Positions 15,978-29,789 of a stretch of 64,000 nucleotides of DNA are shown here, one piece after another. A program made the translations under genes and the position numbers. This DNA is from the human T2T-CHM13v2.0 reference genome, Homo sapiens, in the NCBI RefSeq assembly GCF_009914755.1, contig NC_060928.1; one strand, 5' to 3'. Under the pieces are notes generated by a model, which saw nothing but the letters and a program-made list of their open reading frames with translations, was not told where the DNA came from and did not search any database. The number at the start of each line of letters is the position of its first letter. The stretch's first letter is position 1.

Positions 15978-15994
15978 TTAAAATAGATTAAAAG

Positions 15995-16128
15995 TATACA
16001 CACACACACACACACACACATATATATGTATACATATATACATATCTATGTAAGTATATATATACACACACAGGCACACAGTTTAAATGTGTATATATAT
16101 ATATTTGTGTATATCTAATGTATATATA
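15995..16128. repeat. Compound (CA)n/(TA)n microsatellite
   Basis: Read directly. Confidence 0.85.
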
Positions 16129-17664
16129 TTTTAAGGTAAATTGTGACAAAATGAAAAGTAAACTATAATTTTATGTTGCATTATTTAATTAGAAACAGCT
16201 GTTTGAAGTTTACTGAAAAGCTAATAAGCCTGAAGTTTTGGGAGACACTTAGAATACATTGATTAGTTATGAGAAGCTAGGAAATTGCTGTTTTAGTATC
16301 CATGATTTTAACATTTTGCTTATTTTGCAGGACCTTTAATTACGCAACACAACGTCTCACAGTATTATAAAATTATCCTAAGATTACAAAGTTGTTTACT
16401 TTTAAAGGACAATTAAAACTTTATACAGTTGATGATTATAGCGTCTCTCTTAAGAAAATTGTGGATTCAGTAAGATATGGAAGAGATCTCATGGCTCTGA
16501 GAGCCAGAGTGAGATAGTTAGCACAAGCAACCTCCGAAGTTGCAGCTTCATATTTACCCAGAGTAAGACTGTACTATAGAAAATATTATCCTGAAATATA
16601 CATACTATTTTCTTGTACTGAAAAGGACAAATAATTCAAAAGTTTTAGATAATTAAATTAAGGAAAGATGACTTATCGAAAGACTTCAGGGTCTGTGTAG
16701 CTCCCTCTACACTTCCATTTAATTGCGTTTTCCTTTACTTCCTGAAATTGTTTTAATTCCTTGGATAGCCTTGGATACCCTAGTATATCTGGAGTTAGGG
16801 TAATTAATCCCTTTACTTGAATGACGCAGAGAGGTTTAGACAAATATAGATAAAGTGGAAAACTTGTTTTAAATATCTTTTCAATAATAAATAATTAAAT
16901 GTCTGTTAAAGTAAATTTTGAGGCCAACACACTTATTGCTGTCTTCAACAGCCTCTCTCTCAGTCTCCTGAATCTTAATGCTGCTTTCATCATTTTGCAT
17001 GTAATCTGACTAAAGACTCAAAAGTTTGCACGGAAACACCTTTCAACAGATGCAATGACCTTTTACTCTGCCTAGAATAGTGAATCTCAAAGCATGACCA
17101 ACTTATCACCTGCTTCAGGATGTTTGTTTAAATTCCTTGAAGAAAGATGCAGAAATCTGTACTTATGGAATCTTTTAGGGTAGGTATTAAGCATACTAAG
17201 AATTTAGAGCCTTTGGTCTCAAATAACCCATTTATTTTTTCCATTTTCCTATAGGTACCAAAGACTTGAACTTAAAACCATAGCCTGGATCTTTCTCTTT
17301 GTCAATCTTGATGATCACAAATATTCATGAATCCTCACGTCACAAGAAAAAAAAGTTTTGAATTGTTCTCATCACCTTGATGCTTATATTTATGGTGTTT
17401 GAAGTTACCACTTCATATAAATGTGCCATGGGAAATTATTATCATTCTTTAATTTACCCTTTAGTTTTTGTTTTGGTTATCCTAGTAAGCATTATCATAT
17501 TGCTGTGGGTTTGAAACTATCATATTTCTATGGGTTTATGTGATTGGGATTTCAATATAATATTTTCATTTATATATTTCTGTTGGAGAGAGTTGGCCCA
17601 GTTACTCATAAATTTAGCTGCTGTCTGGAAACATTTTCTGAAAAGAATGAATTAAAAGAAACTA

Positions 17665-19667
17665 GAGTTGAGTCTTGAACAATGTGGGTGTGAGGAGCAC
17701 CAAAATCCTGTGTAGCTGAAAACTTGCATACAATTTTTGAGTTTTAAGAAGTTTAATTACTAACAGCCTACTGTTAAGTAGAAGGCTTACCAACATCATA
17801 AACAGTCAATTAACACATATTTTATGTGTTTTATTAATATGTATTGTATATTGTATTCTTACAATAAAATAAGCTAGGGAAAAGAAAATGTTATTAATCA
17901 TAAGAGAGAAAATATATTTACTATTTACTGTGTGGAAGTAGATCATTGTAAAGGTGTTTATCATCATAATTTTTATCTTTACATTGAGTAGGGAGAGGAT
18001 GGGGAGGGACGAGGGGAAAGCATTGGTATTGTCTTTGGGGGGCAGAAGTGGAAGAAGTGGAGGAGGTGGGAGGGGAAGCAGTAGAGGCAGGTACACATAA
18101 TGTAACTTTATGCAAAAATATCAACATTCCTGTCTGAATTTTGCTTTTTCATGTCTCTAAAAATATTTCTATAAGGTATCAATCCTTCTACTGTTTGCAT
18201 TATTGCCATCAAAAGTAGTCTTGAGTAAACATCAAAAGGAGTCTTGAATAGACATCAAAAGGAGTCTTGAATAATCAGAACTCTTCTGCCAGATTGTCTA
18301 ATGTTAATTAGTTTCCATTTGTTTTCTGGAAATTGCTTCTTCTACATCTTCTTCCTTATTGTCTGGCACTGGTTCAGAAGTACTCATCTCCATCAAGTTA
18401 AATCCTGGTGCTTGCTTCTCTTCCTTACTAATAAGCATCTTTTGTAGCCTTTTTGCTGTTGTGGTGGTAGTGGTTATTGTTGCAGAGTAGAGCACTTTAA
18501 TCTGTATTAAAGATACCTGTTCAGGTAGATATCTTTTCTCTTCAATAATTTTCTTAATTGTGTCTGGAAACTCGTCTGCTCCCTCTTGGTTGGTAGAAGC
18601 TGCTTCTTTATCTTGACTTTTTTTTTTTAAGGCAAACCTTTTTCTGAAATTATCAAACCATCCTTTGCTGTCATTAAACTCTCCAGCTTTAGATCTTTCA
18701 CTTTTCTTTTGCTTTAAGTTGTCGTGTAATTATTAATAATTGCTTTTTCTCAAATCATAGTAAAGTCTATAGGTATGCCTTTCTTACCACAATCCTGAAC
18801 CCACATAAAAGCTGCATTTTTGATACAAGATAAAAAGGCATTTACAAGAAGTGCCAGGTTTCTATGCATTGTAGCACAGCTATAGCAACAGATTTACAAA
18901 TTTTCTTTTCTTTTTAGTTATAGCCCTTATATTGGACTAATTTATTTTGAAATGGTGAGCAAGTACAGCTACAGACCTCAATCTACAGTATGTATCAAAT
19001 AATTCTATTTTTTTCTTGTAATATTATGACTTTTCTCTGCTTCCTTGAAGCACTTTCATCCCACTAGTGGTACTTCATATGGGTTCCATGGTGTTATCTG
19101 AAGTTTATAGTACTGCAGTAAAAATAATGAAAAATACTCAAGAACTATGAGAGGTCCCTTTTTACTGTGATACACAATTTGCTAGGGAGAGGGATTTCTC
19201 AAGCAGAGATGATTAGTGTCAAAGAGTGTTTTAAGCAGATACTTGCAACACTTGAGCTCACTGCAATAGCAACAGGAGGTATCTACAAAAGTATTGCAGC
19301 ACAGTACAGTATGTAGCATAGTTAATTTTATACGGTTATGACTGAATATTGGCTCAAGGTTTGTTTACATTTCTGTAGACTGTAAGTGGCTCCCTGTATA
19401 GTCTATAATTGTGTGGGTGAGTTTTGATTAGCTTTTTATGATAGATTTGTGTATATTTTATGGTAGTAAAAAATAGACTAGTATCTTTAAATATTTTATG
19501 TATTCCTGTCATACCTCCATTTTTCTTATTTAAAAATATTTCTAGACAACACAGTTCATCTGCAAGTTTTTCAAATTTTTGCTAATCTCCAAAAACTTTT
19601 CCAATATATTTATTTGAAAAAAATACATGTACGTGTGGACCTAACCATGTTTTTCAAGGGCCAACTA
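17665..19667 (-). mobile_element. Tigger2 DNA transposon, both TIRs present, internally deleted transposase
   Basis: Termini gagttgagtcttgaacaa and tttttcaagggccaacta, each flanked by TA (17663-17664, 19668-19669). ORF 18304-18495 retains ASEPVPD-like acidic transposase sequence. Confidence 0.9.
18207..18275. repeat. 3 x 23-bp tandem repeat
   Basis: catcaaaagtagtcttgagtaaa / catcaaaaggagtcttgaataga / catcaaaaggagtcttgaataat. Confidence 0.9.
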
Positions 19668-20059
19668 TACTGACTTATCTAACTTTCTTTATATTCCATT
19701 TTTTTTTTGCTCATAATTCTGTGTCCTATTCAAAATATTGTTCTTCATAAATACTGAAAGTGGATAAGACCAATTCTGAATACATCACAACCTCTAAATG
19801 TCTAAAACAGTGTCTAAATAAGACACTGTTTGCTACTGCTCTGATGGGTTAATTTTAAGCTATTTCAGTGCCTTGGTTGCCCAGTCCAAATATCTCCCAC
19901 ACTCACTGGTCCTGATTTCTATCTTTCCAGCAAACCTCTTGGTTGAGATGGCAATCTTTTTGACAATCTCTCACAGAGAGATTAAATTTAGAAAGCCAGA
20001 TTCCCAAATAGTTGTACAATACATATCTTTGTTTAGAAATACAGAGTTCCAGTGTTATG

Positions 20060-20116
20060 CACATACACCCCCCACCACACACACACGCACACACACACAC
20101 ACAGAGAGAGAGAGAC
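20060..20116. repeat. (CA)n(GA)n microsatellite
   Basis: Read directly. Confidence 0.85.
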
Positions 20117-21305
20117 ATAGAGGAAATCAATTTTCACTTTAGATAATTTGTGAGCTTATCATTTGTGTTACCTGTGATCATAATGACAGGCACAGAGAAG
20201 TGACATCTACAAGATTCATGGATTAGTTTTAGTAACTTGATGTGCTCTTATTTATGAGATGGCATAGATATCACTTTCCTAATTAGCTTAGTAGTCCTAT
20301 AATAGAATATTATATATTTTTCATCTTAATTCTGGGTACATAAATGAGGTTAAATGTTTTCAGCAAGTAATTCTCCTTATTCTCACTAATTTCCGTCAAA
20401 TATAATCAATCACAACACAGAAAAGAAAGAAAAATGTTATTCTATAGCTAATCTGAAGCTCTGTACCAAATTCATTAAGCAGGATTATTGATATATTTCC
20501 CATAACTATAAAATGTAACAAATTTACAAATATTTTATGAATATTGCTTTAAAGAATCATTATTCTCTCCTGGTTTAATACCTAATTGTCTAAAAATTAG
20601 AATTTTGAATATGTGTATATGGTTCTAAATGTACGTACCTCTCAATTCAAGAAACATTTAGAAATTCTAAGTATATCTGTCTTGCTAAAAGACAGAAATT
20701 GATAGTTTTAAGTTTCTTGAGAGGAATGCCAGATATTCTTCCTGCATATATCAGTGATGATGGGCTAGTCCGTGGCCTATCACTAGAATAATTTTAATTT
20801 CAAAGCAGACTAATAGGAGTTGACTGAAGTCTGCCTGTGCATATTCTTAAGTGATAATAAGTATAGAATTATTCATTTGTAGAGGCTTATGTCATAAGCT
20901 TACTGTCTAAATGATGAATACATAATTAAATTAAACAGAATTGAGACAGATGGTTCTAGCTTTTGATAAATGTTCATATCTTCATAATCAGATAATAAGT
21001 CTGCTGCCTGGAAGATCAGTTGGGATATAATAACTTTGAAAACTAAATCATTTCATTGTTTGGCATTTATGAGACATGGTAAAAAGCAAATTCCATTTTA
21101 ATTTACTTAAAATATTGCTTATTGTCTTCCCAAGCACTTGTTTAAAAATGAAAAAGCAGATATTGTTATTTTGTTTCCTTCCCATACAGAATTGTTTGTT
21201 TTGCTATATAGGCTTCAGAAAATTATTTCAAAATAAAATGGTAGCTTCTCCTGGGTAATAAAGAGAAAATAAAGCAAAATATGAAGTATTTTAAGTAAAA
21301 TATTA

Positions 21306-21655
<350 letters not shown>

Positions 21656-22854
21656 CTACTGAATGTATTTTCTTTATGTATAGTTATAAAGTAAAAACAG
21701 ATTAGTATGTGTGCTTATTCTGAGAAAATGCTTGGCTATTTGGTACATTAATATTTGCTTTTCTATGCTTATTAAGCATTTTCAAATAAAATGCACATAT
21801 GAAATTTTAGTAAGAATATATTTGAAATGTACTATATGTGTATGGTTAGGAAATCTAAGTGATAAATTTATTTTTTAGGGAAATTCATTTTGCTTTTAGG
21901 CTAATTACTTATAACATATCATTTTAACTTTTTATGCATCAATAATGCTATAAGCAACTTGCAAAGACAAGTTAATGTAATAATTCAATGTTATTATTGA
22001 TGATATTTATTATTATCCTATTAATACAGATTTACTTTTGAGGATGTTTTGGGGTTGTAAGAGTTAGTTACCTGCTTCTTTTGCCCAGTACTTTATTTAA
22101 AAATTTACTTTATTTAGTTAGTTTCAATTTAAAGAGCAATACTATTTAGAAATGCTTGTTTTTCAAGTGAGTTTTATCTAAGCTATTCTGTTTTTAGCAA
22201 CTAGATTGGCAAACAGTATAAATTAACATCAGTTATTTCTAACGACTGTCAAATTGACAAGATCTAAGTGCAGTTTTATTATTCTAAAACGTTTTACTTT
22301 ATTGGTATCTTTTATTCTCAGCATCAAAATTATAATATTTGAAATGTCATTATTAAATCCTAGTAATTCAAACCAAAGAAATTCCTTCTTTATTCAGATA
22401 ACAAACATTTGTAGAACAAAGTAATAGATGTGAATATTTAGTTTTAATTGATGAAATTTAAAATTCTATGATTATAGTCTGTCTTTCTTAAGTTAGGAAA
22501 CATAAATTATCTTGATAGCAGGAAAAGTAATACAAAATATAAAAACACCCTTTGCATTTCGTAAGTCTTATGGTAATGGTAGACATTAGACAGAATTGGG
22601 AGGTCAGAGGGGTTAATACTGAGAGGTATGTTACGTTACAGAATTATAGAAAAAGTGCTTCACTAACAAATTTGTGAAGACAGTCCTGTTTCAGAGTATC
22701 TTTTGGTTTCTGAAAAGCCATTTTGTTTCTGATTGCTCATGACTTTTTTGGAAGTTCTAAGTAGTTATTTCATATTTCCCAATATCTTGTGATGTGCATT
22801 TGGAATTCTATGAACTGATTTTGTTTTAATCAAAATCTTAGAGCTGTTGGCATC

Positions 22855-23267
22855 TGTATTAGTTTGCTAGGGTAGTACTGACTGGGTGACTTAGCAATTT
22901 AGTATCTCACAGGTCTGGAGGCTAGAAATATGACATCAAAATATAGGCAAGGCCATTCTATCTCAAAAACCCATAAGGAAATTATTTCTTCCCTCTTCCT
23001 AGTTTCTGGTAGCCCCAGACTTTATTGGATTGTAACAGCATAACTCCAATTCTTACATGGCGTTCTCTCTATATCTATTGACCTGGTCCTCCCTCTGTGA
23101 ATGTTTGAGTCTGTGTTCAAACTGGTGCCCTTTTTGTAAGGACACTAGTCTTATTGGATTAAGTCCCACCCTAATGACCTAATCTTTACCTTGACTACAT
23201 TTACAAAGACTTCATTGTCAAATAAGGTCAGTTTATGAAGCACTGGTGGTTAGAACCTCAACATACA
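22855..23267 (-). mobile_element. MLT1B/C-like MaLR solo LTR
   Basis: TG...CA ends, tgtattagtttgctaggg start, perfect 5-bp TSD GCATC (22850-22854, 23268-23272). Confidence 0.85.
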
Positions 23268-23597
23268 GCATCCAATAATTTTGTTATAGAAATATTATCC
23301 TCCCCTTTATTTCTTCCCTTTCATTATTCTACCTCTGACTTTATGCCTTTACTAGATTCTCTGCCCCATTCCAGATGATGGAATTGATATTGATAAGCCT
23401 CAAGGTAAATGCAATATAGTACGACTTCTCATCTGTTCCACCACATCATTTTCCTAATTTCTGATGCTGAGTTATCTAAAAGATGATGAAGGGGCAGAAA
23501 TCTCCTTGGATTATTTCAGATCTAAAACTTTATTTATTATCAAGAATATACACATTGATATTTTTTAATTTTCAGGTGAAAACTATGTACTATATTG

Positions 23598-23790
23598 TAC
23601 TCATCAATTAATTTATGTAGAATATATTGAGTGTCTACTATATATTCTAAATATCGAAAATATGCTAAATAAGGAAGAAAAGGTTTATAGCCCATGGGGA
23701 TTACATACTAATCTTACATATCAAGAAAAGTCTAAAAACAAACAAATGTGTTAGATTGAAAAGTGAATGTGATGAATGCTGAAGGGAGAC
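23598..23790 (-). mobile_element. L2 3' fragment
   Basis: atatattgagtgtctactatat motif typical of the L2 3' end. Confidence 0.5.
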
Positions 23791-24799
23791 TTTCCTGCTT
23801 CTTTCTAAAAATTATTGGAAAACCACAAAAGAGAGGAACTAATGAAAACACAAACTCAATATGAGCAAACTTCATGGAATTACAAATTACAAATTCAGCG
23901 AAAGCATTGACAAAAGCGGATTTTTTTGTGTGTGTAAAGGATTGAACAAGAAATAAAGTAAAAAAGAAGAGTGTTCATGATTTTAGATCTCAGAAAAAAT
24001 CTGCTAGGGTAACTGAGAGTCATAATTAAAATATCAACTATTAAAAAAGAAAGTAAAGGAAAGAAGAAATAAACACCATCAGAATATGACAATTGTTAAA
24101 TAATGAAAATACCATGCAACTTGGTAAATACCTGACTATAAATAGAGTAGCTATAATCTTTGCAAGCCACTGTGTTCTAGACTTTAAATTTGGTCATTAA
24201 AAGAAGACCATGACTAGATATTTTGTAAAATATTTAATTCTAAGACAGAGTATTATTTTAGAATACACAAACACTACCTTTGGAATTCAAAAGCTATTCT
24301 AACCCAAGCCTCTTCTATGATCCAGCATGCATGGCCTGCCTTATATCAGACACCTTAACTTCTGTGTATTCATTCAGTGTTATTTTTCTACCACGGACTC
24401 CCTCTACTTGTTGCTATGTTCTTTTCCATCATAACTTTGGCTTTTACTTAGCCTATCAAAATCTGTCCTGTTCAATTTCCCACCAAAAACTTCTAAATCC
24501 TGGTTTCAATACTTCCTGTTTTATATTCTAAGAATTTATTAATTCATACTAATGACAAATGACTAGATCTCTCAGGTTATATTTGTTGAGGCAAAAGACA
24601 TTGTAATTTACTGGACAATTTATTGATTTCTTGCTCCTTGGATAGGTATTATTCCTGGTTAATCCAACTGCTCTTAATGTGGACAAGAGTCATATACCAT
24701 TAAATAAACACAGAAGGGAGCTTAAGCATGTCTATCAACAACATACGTTTACTTAGAAGCATATATATTTTTCTTCCAGTACTTAGAATGTACACAAAT

Positions 24800-25290
24800 T
24801 AAGCATTGCTAGTATAGCTGCAAATGGCCATAACTTTCTGAATTTGGCAATGTATGCTAAAATTCCAAAGGTATATACTCTTTCATCCAGCATTTCTACC
24901 TCATGGAGTCTCTATAAGTAAAATATCACATGTGAAAAATAATACATACAAGATTGAAGCATAGTCTGTAAGGTCAAAGATTGGAAGAAATCTGAATTTG
25001 TAAAATCAGGCTCTCATTTAATATTATGCTACAGCCATTTAACAAAATAGTCTGCTTACATAAAACATATTAAAGATTATCTTAAATTTTGATACTGTAT
25101 TTTCTCCAATATGAATCATTAAATTAAAAAATACAGACAGATTATTATGTATATTATGAAAAGATATATATTTTTGCTTATATATTCAAAATATTTCAGA
25201 TATAAAGAAAACTAATATTTTGCTCATGGTTGGCTCTTCAGGTGACTCAAGTTTAGGAAACAGATGCTTGGAGAATTTTTACATTCAATT
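24800..25290 (+). mobile_element. L1ME-like 3' fragment
   Basis: aatttggcaatgtat...tctttcatccagcatttctacctcatggagtct resembles the decayed ORF2 C-terminus. Confidence 0.5.
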
Positions 25291-25306
25291 GTCACTTCAT
25301 ATACAC

Positions 25307-25763
25307 TGTATATACTTTCCTAGGGCTGCTGGAACAAAGTACTACAAACTGGGTGGCTTATGACAACAGAAATTTATTCTCTTTCAGTTTATAGTGGAGG
25401 CTAGAAGTTTGAAATTGAGGTGCTGGCAAGGCCATGCTCTCTCTGAAGCATCTGGCAGAGGATCATTCCTCCCCCACCAATCCTAGCATCTGGTAGCTCC
25501 AGGCATTCCCAGGTTTATAGTACCATAATTTCAATTTATTCTGCCATCTACATATGACTGCCTTTCAACTGTGTCTGTGTCTAAATTTTCCCCTTCTTTA
25601 AGGATACCATTTATATTGGTTTACAGACCCATTCTACTCCAGTATGACTTCATCTTAACTAATTGAATATACAATGACCCCATTCTCAAATAAGGTCATA
25701 CTCACAGGTGCTGGGGGTTAGGGTTCAACTTTTTTGGTAGGGAAAACAATTCAACCCATAACA
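25307..25763 (-). mobile_element. MLT1C-like MaLR solo LTR
   Basis: tgta...caattcaacccataaca ends, perfect 5-bp TSD TACAC (25302-25306, 25764-25768). Confidence 0.9.
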
Positions 25764-25856
25764 TACACTAAGATGCATACAAAACAAAACAATAATACAT
25801 TAGCTAAATTAGGATATGACTGACAGAAATATTTATTGCTTGAAGAGGGATGGGAT

Positions 25857-25974
25857 TTTCATTACATGTAGTACTGCATGTGTTACTATAACACTGCATG
25901 TGTTATTATATGTATTTCATTACATGTAGCACTACATGTGTAGTACTGTAATACTGCAAGTGTTATTACATATA
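25857..25974. repeat. 2 x ~58-bp quasi-palindromic tandem duplication
   Basis: Both copies start tttcattacatgtag (25857 and 25915). Confidence 0.8.
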
Positions 25975-28329
25975 TTGGCTTAAGCTAGTTTAGTCTATAA
26001 TAGAGAACTGATCTCATGCTTTAAACAATATGAAGATTCTTTCATGTCAGGGAAAGGCTCAGATACTCTTAAAATGGGAATTTTTGTGCCTCAGAATTTG
26101 TACTGGCAACAATAAGTATTATGTGCTACATACATTCTAAATGAGTACCCTACAATTTATGTAAGGTTGACTAAAGTATCAAGAAACTATGTCTCTTGCA
26201 ACATCACAATCTATTGTATATTACATATACATATATACACAATATAATATGTAAGATATGTAATTGTACATTACATACATAATTTATCTGATACAAGTTT
26301 GTTGAGAACATATTTTTGAAAATAAATGTTAATTGTATTCTTTTTTTCCTTTTCTTTCTCTCTATAGCAAGTAAAAGGGGGTTGGTAAGACATTCCTAGA
26401 ATATTTGGCACCTATTTCCTGGAGTATGGAAGATAGGGAGTAGTACCTGATACTCATCTAAGAAAAATTAATATCAGATAGTTGATTAGAGGTCCCCTGA
26501 GGCAGAGCTGGGAGTATCCTGCAATTCATTTATAAAGAGACAGCATATCAAATGTTTCCTATGGGACAGAATAGATGTTTCAGAAGGTGTTTGAACACCC
26601 TTTATAAGACTTTTTGACATAATGGATTCTAACAGAAAGAGTCTTTGGGTTTCATGCACAGAAGTCAAATTTGATGAGCAATGCATGAGCAATGAAATAA
26701 AGAGTCAATCGTCAGTGCCAAGGAAGAAGACATCATTTGTTTCCAAGCAAGGATTGTAACAACAAAATAATTACACTACAATAATAAAAGTGACATGTGC
26801 CATCTGGTTAAAAAAGATATCAATATCATATTAAAACTGATCTTTCCAGGAAATACGCCCTGCACCCTCTACTCATCCTATCACTCCTACCCAAGTCCTG
26901 ACATCTCTGCTTGAGCAAACATAAAATAAGAGAAGATAGCATGAGAATAAAAAAAAAAAAACATACCTATCTTTCCCTGCTGTAGGTTTCCAAGATTAAG
27001 TCATTACAGTAGCTACAGAAAAAAGGTGAAAGCTTAAATTTAATTGAAAGTTCTATTCAGATTGTGCTTTACTTTTAAATCTGAAAATTAGCTCCTTAGT
27101 AACTGAAAAGTTAAAGATCTGACTGAAATATATATAGAACAGAGGGGCAAGCATTTGAAAGAGAATGTAAGCAAAATATATATTTTAAACCTATTTTGTA
27201 ATTCAACTTGAGATTATTTTTAAATGGGTAAAATATACATAAGTTGGTGAGCATAAATGCCAAGGATTTACTGTACGGGCTTTACCATGAGAGCCTATGT
27301 GAATCTGACTACCCAAAAGAACTATAAATATACTTTTTTACTTATCTGTGAAAAAATCCCACATAGTTGATGGTCTTCTTCTGTTATATTAAGGTGAGAG
27401 GCTGAGTGCTCTTTAGGTAAGCTGTCACATACCACCGCTACGATTTTCTTCAGGCAATACACTTCTCTAAATGTTTGGTAAGCTTTAATGTAATTTGAAT
27501 TTAACTAATCACCATATCCTACAAGAAAAAGATCTATCTTTAGTTTTCAACCTATCCTAATTTTAGGGGATAAAAAGTAGTATGATCTTATACTGTCAAA
27601 CTGATTTGATACACTATCTTCCTTTCTTTGCTTGACACTGTAATGGAAATTTTTTAAAAAAATTTGAATGGAGATTTATGTTGAGCACAGGTCATGTCCA
27701 ATTATTTAATTAGAGTAATGGGAATATTTTCTAGTGAACTCATAGCATTTGCTCTAGAGGTTTTGTCTTGTATAAAGGGTTTCTAAAAATCTAAAGTGAT
27801 TGAAGTTTGATGAATGGCTAGATAGGCATGTCATATAAAAACTAAATAAACTAAAAAAATAAAAATAAAAAAATAAAAAAATAAAGATGTGTGTCGCTAT
27901 TTGCCAGCATAATGGTGCAACAAGAAACAGGAAATATCTAGCCATTTCAAAGTCTTATAGATACAGGAATGAGTTAACACTAATACCAGGAACATGAAAT
28001 GCTTTCATCGGTTTCTGGTTAGACCTGGTGCTGCTGGAGGAACTGAGGTAAATGGAGTGTTGTCCCAAGTTCATCATATAGAAATCAATTGTTAGTTTTT
28101 CTTATTTGATTTTTAATGTAGAGTGACTTTTAAAAGTGTTTTTTTTTAATAAATCTCTGTATCTTTGGTTTGCATTGATTATACTATAAAGTAACTTGGT
28201 GTGGTTTTTGTTTGTATTCAATTTGGTTGAATACAAACAATTGAAATTTGTTTGTATTCTGATTCATAATAATTTTTTTCTTTTAACTATATATATTTTC
28301 TAAAGGACAATACACATTTAGTAAAATAC

Positions 28330-29780
28330 ATAAATCAATTGAGATTTTCTCATTTATGAGCTTTGCATAAACAATCATACCACATGTGCTGTGTTCAGTA
28401 CATCTATGATATTAATTCAAATTATTTATAATGTACTTATGTAGGTTTATTTTTTGATAAATTGTATCCCATTGTATGAATCCAATACAATTTAATAATC
28501 CATTATTTTCATTATTCATATTTGAGATATTTATAATTTTGGCTATGATAAGTGAAGATGGTATAACCTCTATTATACAATCATTATTATTTTGTAGTAT
28601 ATAGTACTAGAATTACTTTATTACAAGCAGCTTGTTTTCAATTTTAGTCAATGCTGCCCAGTGGTTTTCCTAAAAGGGTCTTGCTCCTTATTCTCCTACC
28701 AGCAATAAATAAAAATTCCAGTTGTTCATTATCCTTGCTCATATTCATATCTTCAAAGGAAGAACCTTCAGGTAAATATGTGAAACCAAAAGTATTCTAA
28801 GTTTTTGATATACAAAGATATGCTTTTAAGTTTCAAGGTTTATAAATATAAAAAACTTTCAAATTTATACAGGAATTTTAGGATGGTGGAAGTCAGGGAT
28901 TAGCAAACTTTTAGAAGTGATGTGTTTAGCAATTGATTTAACTTCAGTCATGGAACCATGGTCTGTTGAATAAAGCACCTGTTGACCTTACGACTTTCAA
29001 AAACATAGGGTTGTCACTGGTCATGTAGCATTCAGAGTGTTTAAGGCTATTTCTGGTGTTTATTACTTGTTATATCCAAAATATATAGAGATATATTTTT
29101 CTAGTGTAACACTAACATTTTATTGTCTTTATTGTCAGCATTTTTTTTCTTAATGCCTTCTGAGTTGTGATTACTAATATCACATTTTAGATTTAACTAA
29201 AACTTGTTTGTTAATGAATGATATTTATTTCTTCTTTCTCATAGGCTTATCAGCCATTTAGATTTTTTGTGTGCGTGAAGGGCTTCTTCAGGTATTTTGC
29301 TAATATTTTAATTCAGTGATCATTTATTTTTATTAATTGTCAAGTTGTTATATATTTCATTTAAACATATTTTGACTATGTAAATTTTAAACATTATATT
29401 TCTAAGTTTAAGAAGTCCAATTTAGCAATCCTGTACTTAATGGATAATGTGTCTTGTTGAAGATATATTTGTTTAGGCCAAGCAAATTTAGACATTTTCC
29501 TATATCATCTGCAAAGCTATTTTTTAAATTAAATCTATAATTTCACAGGAACTGAATTTTCTTATTGTTTCAGTTAAGAAAGAAGGCACATGTTTTCTAG
29601 ATGGACTTCTTATTGACCAGCATCATTTATTGAGAAGGTTGTCCCTTCTTCATTGCAATACAGTCTCAATTATGGCATAAATTGACTATATGTAACAGTC
29701 AGTTTGTTAACTCTTTTATTGCTATATGTCTGTTCTTGAGTCAATCCCATGTTCTTTATGTTACTTGAGACAAAAAGGCT
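28330..29780 (-). mobile_element. Old L1M (L1ME/MC-like) ORF2/3' fragment
   Basis: ttgaccagcatcatttattgagaag and other decayed ORF2 motifs. Confidence 0.6.
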
Positions 29781-29789
29781 ATTATATAT

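Noticed and set aside
17806-18096. Proline/leucine-rich ORF
   Set aside because: Derived from the purine-rich tract of Tigger2.
28005-28055. Possible 26-nt exon ending GAG|GTAAAT
   Set aside because: Weak acceptor and no other support.
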